In this document: positions 1-12,600 of the stretch, piece after piece | Position numbering within the stretch: position 1 is the stretch's first letter | Layout of the letters: each line of letters opens with the position of its first letter | NCBI RefSeq assembly: GCF_036365525.1 | Contig: NC_090395.1 | Coordinates: 58,417,805 to 58,481,804, forward strand | Origin: Heterodontus francisci | Lineage: Eukaryota | DNA length: 64,000 bases | Direction: 5' to 3' | The notes under the pieces: model-generated | The model's database searches: none | Seen by the model: the letters and a program-made list of their open reading frames with translations, nothing else | Told to the model about the DNA's origin: nothing | Program-made: the position numbers and the translations under genes

Positions 1-769
1 CAGTTTCAAGATTATGCGACTTATTTTACCCCATACCCTCCACCTACCCCCTATCTATCCCGGTGTTAGACAAGACCACTGTACCTAAAAGCATGCTGCA
101 ACTGCCCAGGCCCATGAGTACCAGTATTTCTTGTCCCAGTCAGCCACGTAGCCTGGGAGGAAGCCCAGGCACGTGACTTACACCTGGCCAAAGGGGGAGG
201 ATTTTCAAGTGCAGTTTAGATCTGGTCGCTTTGATTTGCTGAATTTCAGCTGTTGCCCATGGGGCCTTCTGGCTGCTGTAGATCAGCTGTGTGTGTTTTT
301 CAAAATATAGAACTGACCTTTTGGATGCTCTTTTGCCCCCTCACATCTCATTTACATTAAAGAAGTTGGCTCGCACCTCTTAGAGGTACGGTTTTGTTTG
401 CCCAAGGAAACCCTGTAAATCTGGAAATGATACAAAGTGATGGAAGGCCTGGTGAAACGTGTCCACCCTTTTCTTTCAGCCTTTGTGTCTTGGAATGGAA
501 ATTCTCCTGGGACAAAATAGGCAAACCTGCACCTTCTATATTTTAGTAATAATAAACCCAGTACAAACAAAATTGCAGTACATTCACAATAACATTATCG
601 ATACAACTATATTTCATGCCTTCCAACTCTCTCATTCTAATCCATCCCTTCAATATGGACTGGATGGTCCTAGATGCTAGTGTAGAGCATTGTAACTTAC
701 TGTGCTACTTAATTCCTTCCGAGCTCAATGTATTTTAAGCCATTGTTTGTATGTAATTTCTTGGGTTAA

Positions 770-1140
770 TTTTGTCACTTGATAGACCCAAGGAAGACCA
801 TTTGGCCCATTCTAGCTTGTTCATTCAAAACTAATGGACAGCCCCTCTTCTCCAGCAACATCTTAGTTCTGAAATAACTCCAGGCTGGTTGCCTCCACTA
901 TCCTACCCAAAATCCATTCTACACATGAAAAATGCTGTTCCTGACAGAAGTTGAAACCTGTATATACCTCAGTGAGGTACATCCTTAGTCACTTCCTTTC
1001 AAGATGAAGAAAAAAAGTTCTCCCCATATTGTCGCCTCTTCTCGGCATCACCTGGAGCCAGACCTAGATTGTGTCCCTTTTATCTAAGTGGCCAAAACTG
1101 AACACATTCTTAATGTGGTCTGACCCGAATACATACACAT
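770..1140 (-). mobile_element. Highly decayed CR1-type LINE 3' fragment
   Basis: Degenerate CR1 3'-end motifs (ggaagaccatttggcccattctagc; ccaaaactgaacacattct...tgtggtctgacc) resembling better-preserved CR1 copies in this window. Confidence 0.5.
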
Positions 1141-1569
1141 TCTTTATGACCCATTGATTCGTTCAGGTTGAGCCCCTTTCAACTTCACTATTCGTCATTT
1201 TAATACCATTCATGGAAAACATAAGGCACCTATTTTTCCTTCCTAGCTCCCTCTCTTCCCATTCCTTATCAATTTAACTCATTCCATAATTTCTCGAGGA
1301 TTTTTAAAAAGGAAATTAATTTCATTCATTTTATCCATTTATTTACAAAACATGATTGAAAACACATCATTTTTTTGGCCGTGATGTTGTCACAATGAAA
1401 ATAATGGTGGTTCTTCTTCCCCCTCACCCCCCACAAAGGAAGCAGATTTGCCAAACACGATTTCATCAAGACAATTCTCTTTTAGCATTCTTTAACTCAC
1501 CTTTTAGACAATTCTACCTAATGCACATTAACTACAATAATTTAGAGCCATCTAGATCATCAGTCTCTG

Positions 1570-2372
1570 TTTTATTAGCAGAGTTTCAATTTTGAGATGT
1601 CTGTTTTTTTTTTAAATTCTGGCATGTCCTTACCAAAATAAATAACATATGCCTGCAATGGCCTACATCCTTGGATTCTAAATGAGGTGGGGGCAAGAAT
1701 AGTGGATGCATTTGTTTTGATCTTCCTAAATTCCCTAGATTCTGGAATGGTCTCAGTGGATTGGAAGGTAGCAAATGTAACATCGCTGTTCAAGAAAGGA
1801 GGGAAAGAGAAAACTGTGAACCATAAGTTAGATGGCCCACACCAGCTGTTGGGAAAAATGCTGGAATCCATTATTAAGGAAGAGGTAACAGGGCACCGAG
1901 AAAATCGTAAAGTGATTAGGCAGAATCAACGTGATTTGATGAAAGGGCAAATGTGCTCGACAAATCTATTCGGAGGTTTTGAGGATGTAACTGGCAGGAT
2001 AGATAAAGGGAACCATTGGTATATTTGGATTTTCAAAATACAATAAGATGCCACATGTTGTTACACAAGATTAGGACTCATGGGGCTGGAGGGGCAACAT
2101 ATTAGCAAGGATAGAGGATTGGTTAAAGGGCACAATACAAAGTAGGACTAGATGGGTCATTTTTGGGTTGGCGGGATGTCACTAGTGGAGTGCCTCAAAG
2201 ATCAGTGTGTCAGCTGTTTACAATGGGCCAAATAGCCTCCGTCTGTGCTGCATTATTCTACATTGGCTTCCATGTATGTTGATCATACAAGATAAAAGAG
2301 ACTAAGTGCAATGTAACCAAGTTTGCTGACAACACAGAGTTAGATAGGAAAGTAAGCCATGAGGAGAATACA
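1570..2372 (+). mobile_element. CR1 LINE ORF2 (RT) fragment, decayed
   Basis: ORF 1687-2046 DWKVANVTSLFKKGGKEK...GKMLESIIKE matches the CR1 ORF2 at 10985-11200/9882-10988; downstream remnants of GVPQGSV and KFAD motifs. Confidence 0.85.
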
Positions 2373-2375
2373 AAT

Positions 2376-3056
2376 GGGGAAATTTTAACATTTGGACCCA
2401 CCGGAACCGGGGGTACCCAATTGCAAGTGAGGAAACCCGAAAGCCTGGGTTTCCCTCTGTATGTTGTTTTAACTCTTCAGCCTGTTTGACACAGCACAGA
2501 CAGGTTGCCTATCCAGAAGTCAGACTGACTGACAGGCTTGGCTTCCAGTCAGGCACAGAATACTGAAGTGGGGGGACCCCAGCACAATGTAGGTTCGAAC
2601 TCAGAACTGGGGGTGGGGGTTCTGATCCCTTGCCACAAGGTTAGGGGTGGGGTGGAGTTCCAATTCCCAATGGATGGGTTGATGAGATGAAAGTGATTCC
2701 AATCACCACCTCTGGCTGGTGGAGCAGAGGGTGGGGGAAAGAGAGAGAACTGTTTCATCCTTGGCTCTGATGGGCAGCATGTGTTCCAATTCCTAGCCCC
2801 AGGATGGGGGCAGATGGAGCTTGGAGGGCTGGGAAGAAGCACTGCTGCTCCTCCTGGCCCACAAGGATTCCATTCCACAACACCACCCCACCAGCTGTCA
2901 TTGCCTCACTGCAGCTGCTGAGTTTTTTGGAGGCCCAGGAAACCAGTCCAGCCACAAGTAAACTGGAGGTTCAGTCTCATTAACATGTTTATAATGCCAA
3001 CCTGCCTCCTCAGTGTTTTGGTTAACCATGCCCCATCCAACAGGGATAAAATTCTG
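2376..3056. mobile_element. Possible non-autonomous MITE-like insertion
   Basis: GC-richer block starting ggggaaattttaac and ending gataaaattct (short inverted ends) that interrupts CR1-like sequence; no TSD resolved. Confidence 0.35.
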
Positions 3057-3282
3057 AGAAGGCTTGACAAGGGTAGATGCTGAATTCCTCTGGCTACAGA
3101 GCATAGAACTGGGAGTCAGTCTCAGAATAAGGGGTAGGCCATTTAGGACTAAGATAAGAAATTTCTTCAAAGAATCACAGAATGATGATGCCAAATCTCT
3201 GCAACAGCAATTTAACTAGTCCCACGTCTCCGCCTTTTCCCTGTAGCCCTGTAAGTTTTTTTTCCCTCCAGTTGAAATTTCA

Positions 3283-3428
3283 GGTCGATGACCTTTCATC
3301 ATCTGATAAGTTAATGTTGACTGTTTCTCTCTCCAGCGATGCTACCAGACTGGCTAAGTATTTCCAGCCTTTTTTTGTGTGTGCGTTTTGTTCAAATTTC
3401 CAGCATCCCCTGTATTTTGTTTTTATAT
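3283..3428 (+). mobile_element. Penelope-like element terminal fragment
   Basis: tttcaggtcgatgacctttcatca...tctctctccagcgatgctaccagactggctaagtatttccagc; an inverted related copy lies at ~34493-34582. Family assignment from memory of chondrichthyan repeats. Confidence 0.5.
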
Positions 3429-3795
3429 TCGTGGGACTCCGTTTGTTTTGAAATTTAATTAGGGAAATATCGTTATCGCGTATGAGGATTGTTCCATTGA
3501 AACGTTAACCCTTGCCAGATTTTTTTGACATCTGTGATCATTTAAAAACAAAAGGTTGTACTGAATCTGCAAACTAGACACCAGCCCAAGTTTACTGTAA
3601 CCTTGCACCAGCCACCCTTCGTCAGGGAGACTCAACTGCAAGTTCATCATACCAAAAACCTGGCGTCCCTCCCCTCCACCTCAAACAGGTCTCATTTTTG
3701 AAAAACGGTTAATGTTGAGCAATACAATAAATTGTGTAATCTCCAGCTGCTCCATTTTGACCTTTATTGTCCCCTCACCGTCCTTCTTAACTTAC

Positions 3796-3870
3796 CTTTC
3801 CTCACAGACAGCGACATCTTACCGGCCCCGCTTCAAATGCTGCCTTGGCTGCCCACGTGACATCGCAAAA
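3796..3870 (-). other. Candidate first exon of a divergently transcribed gene (possible coding start MSLSVRK at 3817)
   Basis: Minus strand aagATGTCGCTGTCTGTGAGGAAAG|GTAAGT ends at a perfect donor; the 5' boundary is a guess. Confidence 0.45.
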
Positions 3871-3944
3871 ACCATTAAGACGTCACGCGCGCCACCCTGC
3901 CTCCCAACCACCGAGGCCGGTCGAAGGGGGCGGGGCTAAATGCT

Positions 3945-4162
3945 GGGTTGAAACCATCTGGAAGGGAAGAAAAAGAGGGGAAGCGAGTTGAAGCCATCTC
4001 GGGGGAATTTGGAGGGGGTTGGGTGTAAAACCGAGGCGCTTCAGCCTTTGTGATGTAAGACGCATGCCCAGTTACAGCGCGCCGACTTGTGTTGGGAGTG
4101 TGGGGTTGTGTTTGTCGCTGACCATCGCACAGTTTCGGTTCTGCAGCCTGCCCTTTATGTAG
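3945..4162 (+). other. YOD1: Candidate non-coding exon 1 of YOD1
   Basis: The YOD1 ATG sits 4 nt after a splice acceptor (28030), which implies an upstream exon. This is the only promoter-like region upstream in the window. Donor at 4055 or 4163. Confidence 0.45.
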
Positions 4163-5229
4163 GTAAACAGTTGTATAAAATGTGTGTTATGGTTTGAGAT
4201 AAAGGAGATGGAAGTTGGGTATGTGGTTATGGGGCAGTTGAACATGCTCAGCCTTTCCATTAAGCGAGACTGCAATAAATAAGTAAAGAAAGAAAGTTGA
4301 GTCGGTTGCTCTGGGTGGCCGACTAGGCCCGGTTACCATTGAGACGTTGCTGCGGGCATCTCACCGTGCATTTATGGCAAAAGGTAGTATGTTTCTATCC
4401 CGGGGACTGAGGCTCTACATGGTTAAAATGCTGTAGGACTTTGCTGAGGAGAATGGGGTATTTTGGCTGGGATTGTGTGGGGAAAATAGTCCCGTTACGG
4501 CGTAGAAAGCAGCATATAATAAATGGTCTAGGTGGTGATGAAGGGAAATCCGGTGGAGAGCGTTGATGGGATGAAAAAATGATTAATTGGGAACATGGAT
4601 GTGATTGAAACGTTAATATAGGCTTTGATCAGTAAGTCGGACGGTAGAATGCTGTGCATAATGTGTTTTGTAGCCTTAAAATCACACGAGTAATATGGTA
4701 GAATAGGAATGAGAGGAATAAACAGTCAATCATTACGGCAGTGTACTGTAAGGGATCAAAGTAGGACCAATAAACGTGCTGCATTGATTATATCTACCAA
4801 TCACGATTGCAATCTGTTAACAGGTTTTGGGTGTACAGGAGGTAAATTGGAAATACTTTTTATAATATACAGCCTGGTTACTAACAGTAGACTAAATTGA
4901 GATGAATGAATAATTGACACATCTGAGGGTTCAGGTACAACCTGGATGCGTCTGAGAAGTGAGATTAAAAAGTATATTTTGATTTGTGGACTTTATTTGA
5001 ACTTTGCTTGATTATATCCTTGAAATTTTATCTACCTTTTAAAGGCCATTTTAAGTCTGTTAAGGAGTTAATTTAGTTTGTCTATTTCTGTCTGTTGGGA
5101 GGCTCCATATTTGACCTCTCAAAGGTTCGTTTGTATCATGGGTTAACAAAGTATCTTTTGTAGTATAAAATAGGTAAATGAGACAATAACTACTGTAATC
5201 ATGTTTAAATTATTCCTACTGCTAAAGGT

Positions 5230-5653
5230 TTGTATTTACATTGTGCCTTTTATGACCTTGGGACATCTTAAAGTGCTTTGCAGCAAATTAAGTACTGTTG
5301 TAAAGTATAAAATGAGGCACCCAATTGTGCACTCACAAACAGCAATATGATCAAATAATATGTATTGGTGATGTTGAGGGATAATTGTTGGCTATGACAG
5401 CAGGGATAGCTCCCCTAACTTTTCTTTAAAATAGTGCCACAGTTCTTTTACATCTTGCAGACAGGTCAATGGTTGAATGTTCCTGAAGGTGGCACCTCCC
5501 AACAGTAAAAACAGTAAAGCAATCCCACAGTACTTCATCGAGTGTTGGCCTAGATTTTGTGCTCGAGTCTCTGGATTGGGACTTGAACCCCCCCCCCCCC
5601 CCAAAAGAATCTGACTCTGGGAAGAGTGCTACTACTGAGCCATGGTTGATGAC
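5230..5653 (-). mobile_element. tRNA-derived SINE with Deu-like body and L2-type tail
   Basis: Minus-strand head catggctcagtagtagcactc...ggttcaagtccc (A/B boxes); body aaatagtgcca...cttttacatc...ggcacctcc; L2-like tail shared with L2 3' ends in this window. Confidence 0.7.
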
Positions 5654-6847
5654 AGTGTTCATGTTTTCTAGTTAAGATGAGTTTGTTCAGGTTTTTTTTG
5701 GGGGGGGGTGGTGGTGTGGAAGGGTACAACAGACCAAAGCCTTCCATTCTGACATTTCCAACCCAAGCTTGTATGGAGTTTTTGTTTTACTATGCAAGCA
5801 ATTCTGTTTTAACGCACGACTTGGTATTGTACTAAAACAGTTGGCATGGGAGAATCTCTTGTAGAATTTTTAATTTTTTTGTTATTGCAGCACTATTTGA
5901 CATTAAATACATGAAAATTGGTTGACTAACCCCAAATTAAACAATCAGGGCTGGTGTCCTTGAGGATAGTGATGACCAACTTGGGAGGTTGCAGCAATAG
6001 TATATACCAAAAAAGAAGTTTTTAAAAAAGTTTTTGCTTCATTAAATTGTGAAAAACAGATCCATCTCTCAGGATCAGTTATCCTCTAATTTTGCTCTTT
6101 CACTCTTTCCTGCTTCCCACACCATTCTAATTTCCTGGATCACAGGCCACCTGCAGTTGAGGAGGTTGCCCAGCCAACTTGTTTCCAGGCCTCTCTGTTG
6201 CATTTGTGCTGTTACTAGTGTTGCTGAGATAGGGATCTCAACCAAATTGTGTTTTGTTCCACACTGGGTGATCTAAAAGCATGCATTTGTTTTGGATGCA
6301 GGGAGTCATTTTGCTACTTGAACCAGAACTTACACCTATAGTTGTGACCTTAATGTCTTCCATGCTAAAGTTCAAAAGATTTACAGTAGTAAGAACTGAG
6401 TTGGAGAGGCTGGTGGATAAAGCTGTGCTGATAGGTTACAAGGGAAGCACATTTGTCGCTACTCTCCCTCTTGAACTGTCTGATCTATTGACAGTTCTTA
6501 AATTTTTTTCCCAGCCAATGGCACCTTTTTTCTCTGGAGTGAAACTGATGCCAGCCTGCAGGGCGTTGGCAACCTAGCTTAATGTGATTCTATACGAGGT
6601 GTTTTGACCTATATGCTCAAAAACAAAGTTACGCTTTTTCAAAGTTTAATATCCAAACAAAATGACGTACTTGCAGATCTGATTTAGGAGAACGAAGATG
6701 TTGACCATATCAAATCAGTCTTTCTTGTGGGCCTTGTCCAGCACAGGCAGTTTCTTGAGGTACAAGATGAAATTGTTCAAAGACCTTCTCTCTGTTATAT
6801 TTGTCTACCATGGTGACTTATTTAAAATGAAACTGTAACCTCTAAGA

Positions 6848-6950
6848 CTACAACAAGTTGCATTTGTATAGCACCTATAACAGAGTAAAACATCCTAAGG
6901 TGCTTCATAGGAATGTTACCAAATAAAATGATTGAATATACAATACTACA
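6848..6950 (-). mobile_element. L2 LINE 3' end
   Basis: caacaagttgcatttgtatagcacc...aaaacatcctaaggtgcttcatagg, the same tail as at 26591 and 63340. Confidence 0.65.
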
Positions 6951-7139
6951 CAAAGGCGAAGTAAACATTCAACTTCAGTATATATTTCTACTAGTGGGTG
7001 TATCCAGACAGCTAATAGAATTACATAACTTATACAATCGAGAACCAGGCCATTTGTCTTAACTGGTCTATGCTGGCATATATGCTCCACGCGAGCTTCC
7101 TCTCTCCCGCTCTAGCAGATCCTTCTATTGATTCTATTG

Positions 7140-7385
7140 CTATCTCCCATTCATCACCTCTAGACTTGACTATTCCAATGCACTCCTGGCTGGTCTCCCA
7201 CATTCTGGCCTCCGTAAACTTGAAATCATCCAAAACTCTGCTGCCCGTGTCCTAACTTGCACCAAGTCCCGTTCACCTATCACCAATGTGCTCACTGACC
7301 TACGTTAAGCAATGTCTTGATTTTAAAATGTTCGTCCTTGTTTTCAAATCTTTCCATGGCCTCGCCTCCTCCCTATCTCTGTAGT
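7140..7385 (+). mobile_element. L2 LINE ORF2 C-terminal fragment
   Basis: Translates as ...TSRLDYSNALLAGLPHSGLRKLEIIQNSAARVLTCTKSRSPIT, a typical L2 C-terminus. Confidence 0.75.
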
Positions 7386-7394
7386 TTGTCTTGA

Positions 7395-8374
7395 ATTTGG
7401 AACTGGAGTCAGCTATTAACCTCTCAAGCCTGTTCTGCAATTCAGTGAGATTAATAACTGATCTGCGACCTAACTCCATATATCTGTCTTTGCCCCTTAT
7501 ACCTTTGAGTAAATAAAATCTATCATCTCAGATTTAAAATTTACAATTAATCCTGCATCAATTGTTATTTGCAGAAGAGAGCTCCCTTTGTGTGAAGGTC
7601 TGGCTCAAATTTTTAGACAATGGCCCCTAGTCCTAGACTCCCCAACTGGTAGAAATAATTTCTCTCCGCATCTGCAATATGTGTTCCTCTTAATATTTCA
7701 AAATCTTGATCAAATTGCCCCTTAGCCTTCTAAATTCCAGGGCGTACAACCCTAGTTTGTGTAATTGCTCCTCATAATTTAACACTTGGAGTCCAGGTGC
7801 TATTCTGGTAAACCTATGTTGCACTCCCTCCAAGGCCAATATATCTTTCCTAAGATGTGGTGCCTAGAACTGATCATAATACTCCAGGAGTGGTCTAACC
7901 AGGATTTTGTATAGCTGAAGCATGACTCCTAAACCCTTGCATTCTAGTCCTCTAGGTATAAAGACCAGCATTCCATTAGCCTTTTTGATCATTTTCTGTA
8001 CCTGTTCATGGTGACATTTTAATGATTAATGACCCTCACTGTTTCTAGCCTTTTTCCATTTAGAAAGTACTCTATTCTATCCATTTTAGGTTCGTGTGGA
8101 TGACCTTGCATTTGCCTTCATTGAAATCCATTTGCCAGAGTTTTATCCATTCACTTTATCTATCGATATCTCTAATTTTCTGCTTCGATCTACACTGCTT
8201 ACAATGCCACCTATCTTAGTGTCATTGGCAAATTTGGACATGTGGATTAGTAAATAGGGTGAATAGTTGCGGCTCCAACACAGATGCTTGCGGGACATCA
8301 CTAGTTGCATCCTGTCAATTAGAGCATCTACCTGTTATCCCTACTCTCGGTCTCCTGCCACTCAGCTAATTTCC
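7395..8374 (-). mobile_element. Older CR1 LINE, 3' segment (continues at 9561-9607 and 14046-14620)
   Basis: CR1 3' UTR and RT remnants; the sequence resumes colinearly after the RTE and young CR1 insertions (KFEAHGIE... / DFQKAFDKV...). Confidence 0.8.
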
Positions 8375-9548
8375 ATGGCTGGCATCCTTCCATCTTTGAA
8401 AGATGATGGACACGCAGCAACCAATCTATTTAGGTGGGGTGTCTTCTCTTGGTGCACCTATGCTGTTGGCTACGAAGGTCAATCCTTGAGATGCAGGTTC
8501 TGTCACAAGTGCCACACGTGGAGCTGCCAAGCAGAATCATAGAAAAGTTACAGCACAGAAGGAGGCAATTCAGCCCATCTTGTCTGCACCGGCTGAAAAA
8601 ACTACCCGCTCAATCTAATCCCACTTTCCAGCACCTGTTCTGTATCCTTGCAGGTTACAGCACTTCAGATGCATTTCCAGGTACCTTTTAAAAATGTTGA
8701 GGGTTTCTGCCTCTATCACTTGTCCAGGCAGTGAATTCCAGACACCCACCACCCTCTGGTGTGAGTTGTTTTTGACGTCTGTGCCTGTTGCCAAGCTGCT
8801 GCAGCAACTGGTTGTCGTGGTAGTACATGTCAGTCCACAGGATGTGTCGCCATTTCCCTCTTTCGCCAGCTCATGATCCTAGGTGCGATAGTCAACATTT
8901 AGGGCCTTCATGTCACACTTGCAAGCATCCTTGAAGTGGAGCCTTGGGCACCCCACTGGTCGACTGGTCCTGGATACCTTGTCATACAGAAAGCGACCGC
9001 CATCCATCCTGCGGACATGTCCGATCCAACAAAGCTGCCTCTGTTTGATTAGTGCCAACACACTTGGGAGCTGGGCCTTTGATAGGACTGTTGCATTTGT
9101 GATTTTGTCCTGCCCAGATATACCCATAATGTGCCACAGACAGCGAAGAGGGAAATTATTGAATTTTGTTTTCTTCTTAGTTGTAAGCTGCCATGTTTCA
9201 CAGCCGTACAGCAAAGTGCTGAGAACACAGACCTTATAAACTATCAGCTTAATCCTAAAGGTCAGCTTGGTGTTGTCCCATGCATATTTTGCAAGTTAGC
9301 CAAAGGTGGTAGATGCTTTTCCTATGTGTGTATCGAGCTCTGCATCAAGGGACAGATTGTCTGTCACCGTGGACCCAAGGTAGCAAAATGTGCTAGCCAC
9401 TTCCAGTGGGTGTTATTTAGTGTGATCAGGGGCCTTGTCCCATGACCATGATTTTCTTAGATGCTTATAGTCAAGCAGAACACCTTACAGGCATGGAAGA
9501 GGCTGTCCATGAGGCTTTGTAGCTGAGTTTCCATGTGAGTGACTAGCG
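8375..9548 (-). mobile_element. RTE-clade LINE, 5'-truncated, with 12-bp TSD
   Basis: ORF 8879-9214 LYGCETW...RCLWHIMGISGQDKITNATVL...WIGHVRRMD is an RTE C-terminus; TSD CAGCTAATTTCC at 8363-8374 and 9549-9560. Confidence 0.85.
8533..8760 (-). mobile_element. CR1 3'-end fragment nested in the RTE
   Basis: agaatcatagaaaagttacagcacagaaggaggc...accaccctctgg, the CR1 3' terminus repeated at 16147, 44845 and 59850. Confidence 0.75.
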
Positions 9549-9607
9549 CAGCTAATTTCCTTACCAGGTCAATTAAATTGCTTTCGATTCCATGAGCTTC
9601 AAATTTA

Positions 9608-12600
9608 GGTAGAAACGTAGAAAAACAGGAGCAGGAGTAGGCCATTTGGCCCTTCGAGCCTGCTCCGCCATTCAATATGATCATGGCTGATCATCCAAAC
9701 TCAGTACCCTGTTCCCGCTTTCTCCCCGTATCCTTTGATCCCTTTAGTCCTAAGAACTATATCTAACTCTTTCTTGAATATATTTAATTATTTGGCCTCA
9801 ACTGCTTTCTGTGGTAGAGAATTCCACAGGTTCACCACTCTCTGGGTGAAGAAAGCTCTCCTCATCTCAGTCCTAAATGGTTTACCCCTTTATCCTTAGG
9901 CAGTGACCCCTAGTCCTGGAATCTCCTGCCACTGGGAACATCCTTCCTGCATCTAGTCTGTCAAGTCCTGTTAGAATTTTGTAGGTTTCTATGAGATCCC
10001 CTCTCATTCTTCTAAACTCTAGCGAATACAAGCCGAATCGACCCAATCTCTCTTCATACGTCAGTCCTGCCATCCCAGGAATCAGTCTGGTGAACCTTCG
10101 CTGCACTCCCTCCATAGCAAGAACATCCTTCCTCAGATAAGCAGACCAAAACTGCACACAATACTTGAGGTGTGGTCTCACCAAGGCCTTGCATAATTGC
10201 AGCAAGACATCCCTACTCCTGTACTCGAATCCTCTCACTATGAAGGCCATCATAAGATTTGTCGTCTTAACCACTTGCTGCACCTGTATGCTTACTTTCA
10301 GCGACTGGTGCACAAGGATACCCAGGTCTCGCTGCACATCCTCCTTCCTCAATCTATCGCCGTTCAGATAATCAGCTTTCCTGTTTTTGCCTCCAAAGTG
10401 GATAATCTCACATTTATCCACATTATACTGCATCTGCCATGTATTTGCCCACTCACTCAACCTGTCCAAATCACACTGGAGCTGCTCTGCATCCTCCTCA
10501 CAACTCCCACTCCCACCCAGCTTTGTGTTGTCTGCAAACCTGGATATATTACATTTAATTCCCTCATCAATATCATTAATATATGTTGTGAATAGCTGGG
10601 ATCCTAGCACTGATCCCTGCGGTACCCCATTAGTCACTGCCTGCCACTCGGAGAAAGACCCGTTTTTTCCGACTCTTTGTTTCCTGTCTGCCGACCAGTT
10701 CTGTATCCATGTCAGTACCTTACCCGCAATCCCATGTGCTTTAATTTTGCACGCTAATCTCTTATGTGGGACCTTATCGAAAGCCTTCTGAAAGTTCAAA
10801 TACACCACATCCACTGGTTCTCCCTTATCTATTCTACTAGTTACATCCTCAAAAAATTCTAGTAGATTTGTCAAGCATGATTTCCCTTTCGTAAATCCAT
10901 GTTGACTTTGTTTGATCCTGTCACTGTTTTCCAAGTGCTCTGCTATTGCATCTTTTATAATGGACTCTAGCATTTTCCCACTACTCATGTCAGGCTAACC
11001 GGCCTATAATTCCCTGTTTTCTCTCTACCTCCTTTTTTAAATAGTGGGGTTACATTAGCTACCTTCCAATCTGTTGGAACTGTTCCAGAGTCTATAGAAT
11101 TTTGAAAAATGACCAGCAATGCATCTACTATTTCTAGGGCCGCTTCCTTAAGTACTCTGGGATGTAGATTATCAGGCCCTGGGGATTTATTGACCTTCAA
11201 TCCCTACCACTACCGATTTCATACAGTTGCTCCTTCTCACTTGACCCTTGGTTAGCCAACATTTCTGGGAGGTAATTTGTGTCCTCCTTTGTGAAGATGG
11301 AACCAAAGTATGTATTTAATTGGTCTGCCATTTCTTTGTTCCCCGTTATAAATTCCACCATTTCTGACTGTAAGGGACCCACATTTGTCTTCACTAATCT
11401 TTTTCTCTTCACATATCTATAGAAGCTTTTACAGTCAGTTTTTATGTTCTCTGCAAGCTTACTCTCATACTCTATTTCCCCTTCTTAATCAATCCATTTG
11501 TCCTCCTTTGCTGAATTCTAAACTGCTCCCAATCCTCAGGTTTGCTGCTTGTTCTGGCTATTTTATATTTCTCCTCCTTGGATCTAATCTAATCCCTAAT
11601 TTATTTTGTAAGCCACAGTTGAGCCGCCCTTCCTATTTTATTTCTGCACCAGACAGGAATGAACAATTGTTGTAATTCATCCATGCGCTCTTTAAATGCT
11701 AGCCATTGCCTATCCGCTGTCAACCCTTTAAGTAACATTCCCCAATCTATCATAGCCAACTCGTGCCTCATACCTTCATAGTTTCCTTTATTTAGATTCA
11801 GGACCCTAGTCTCGGAATCAACTCTCACTCTCCATCTTAATGAAGAATTCTATCATGTTATGGTCGCTCTTTCCCCAAGGGACCCCGCACAACAAGATTG
11901 TTAACTAATCCTTTCTCATTACACAATACCCAGTCTAGGATGGCCAGTTCTCTAGTTGGTTCCTCAACGTATTGGTCCAAAAAACCATCGCGTACGCACT
12001 CTAAAAATCCTCCTCTACAGTATTATTGCTAATTTGGTTTGCCCAATCTATATGTAGATTAAACTCACCCATAATTACAGTTGTACACTTATTGCATGCA
12101 TCTCTAATTTCCTCCTCTACATCACCACTGCTGTTTGGGGGTCTATATACAACCCCCATCAATGTTTTCTGCCCCTTGGTGTTTCTTAGCTCCATCCATA
12201 CAGATTCCGCATCAGGATTCTCTGAGCTAATATCCTTCCTCCCTATTGTATTGATTTCTTCTTTTACTAACAATGCTACTCCACCTCCTTTCCCTTTTTG
12301 CCTGTCCATCCTAAACATTGAATACCCCTGGATGTTCAGTTCCCATCCTTGGTCACCCTGCAGCCATGTTTCCGTAATTGCAACTATATCCTATCCATTT
12401 ACGTCTATTTGCGTGGTTAATTCGCCGACCTTATTGCTGATACTGCGGGATTGAGACACAATGCCTTTAGGCTTGTCTTTTTAACATTCTTAGTCAACTT
12501 AGCATTAATTCGCACTATGGCCCTATTTGTTTCTTGCCCTTGATTTCTATGTCTTCCACTTTTGCCTTTTTGTTTCCTGTCTTTCGTTTCTATCCTTGTT

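Larger units (their letters stand above)
3780..4170. promoter_or_regulatory. CpG-rich, probably bidirectional promoter (candidate YOD1 promoter on +)
   Basis: Local CpG enrichment; E-box CACGTG 3854-3859, CRE-like GACGTCA 3879-3885, GC box GGGGCGGGGC 3927-3936. Outward-facing splice donors: minus AG|GTAAGT at 3796/3795; plus AT|GTAAGA at 4054/4055 and AG|GTAAAC at 4162/4163. Confidence 0.65.

Noticed and set aside
352-570. Minus-strand ORF as exon 2 of the divergent gene
   Set aside because: Acceptor-like sites exist, but the frames checked stop early and resemble no protein I recognise.
9882-10988. 368-aa RT ORF as a retron, DGR, group II intron or domesticated gene
   Set aside because: Part of a frameshifted CR1 LINE with many paralogous fragments in the window; the catalytic motif is mutated (FADN).
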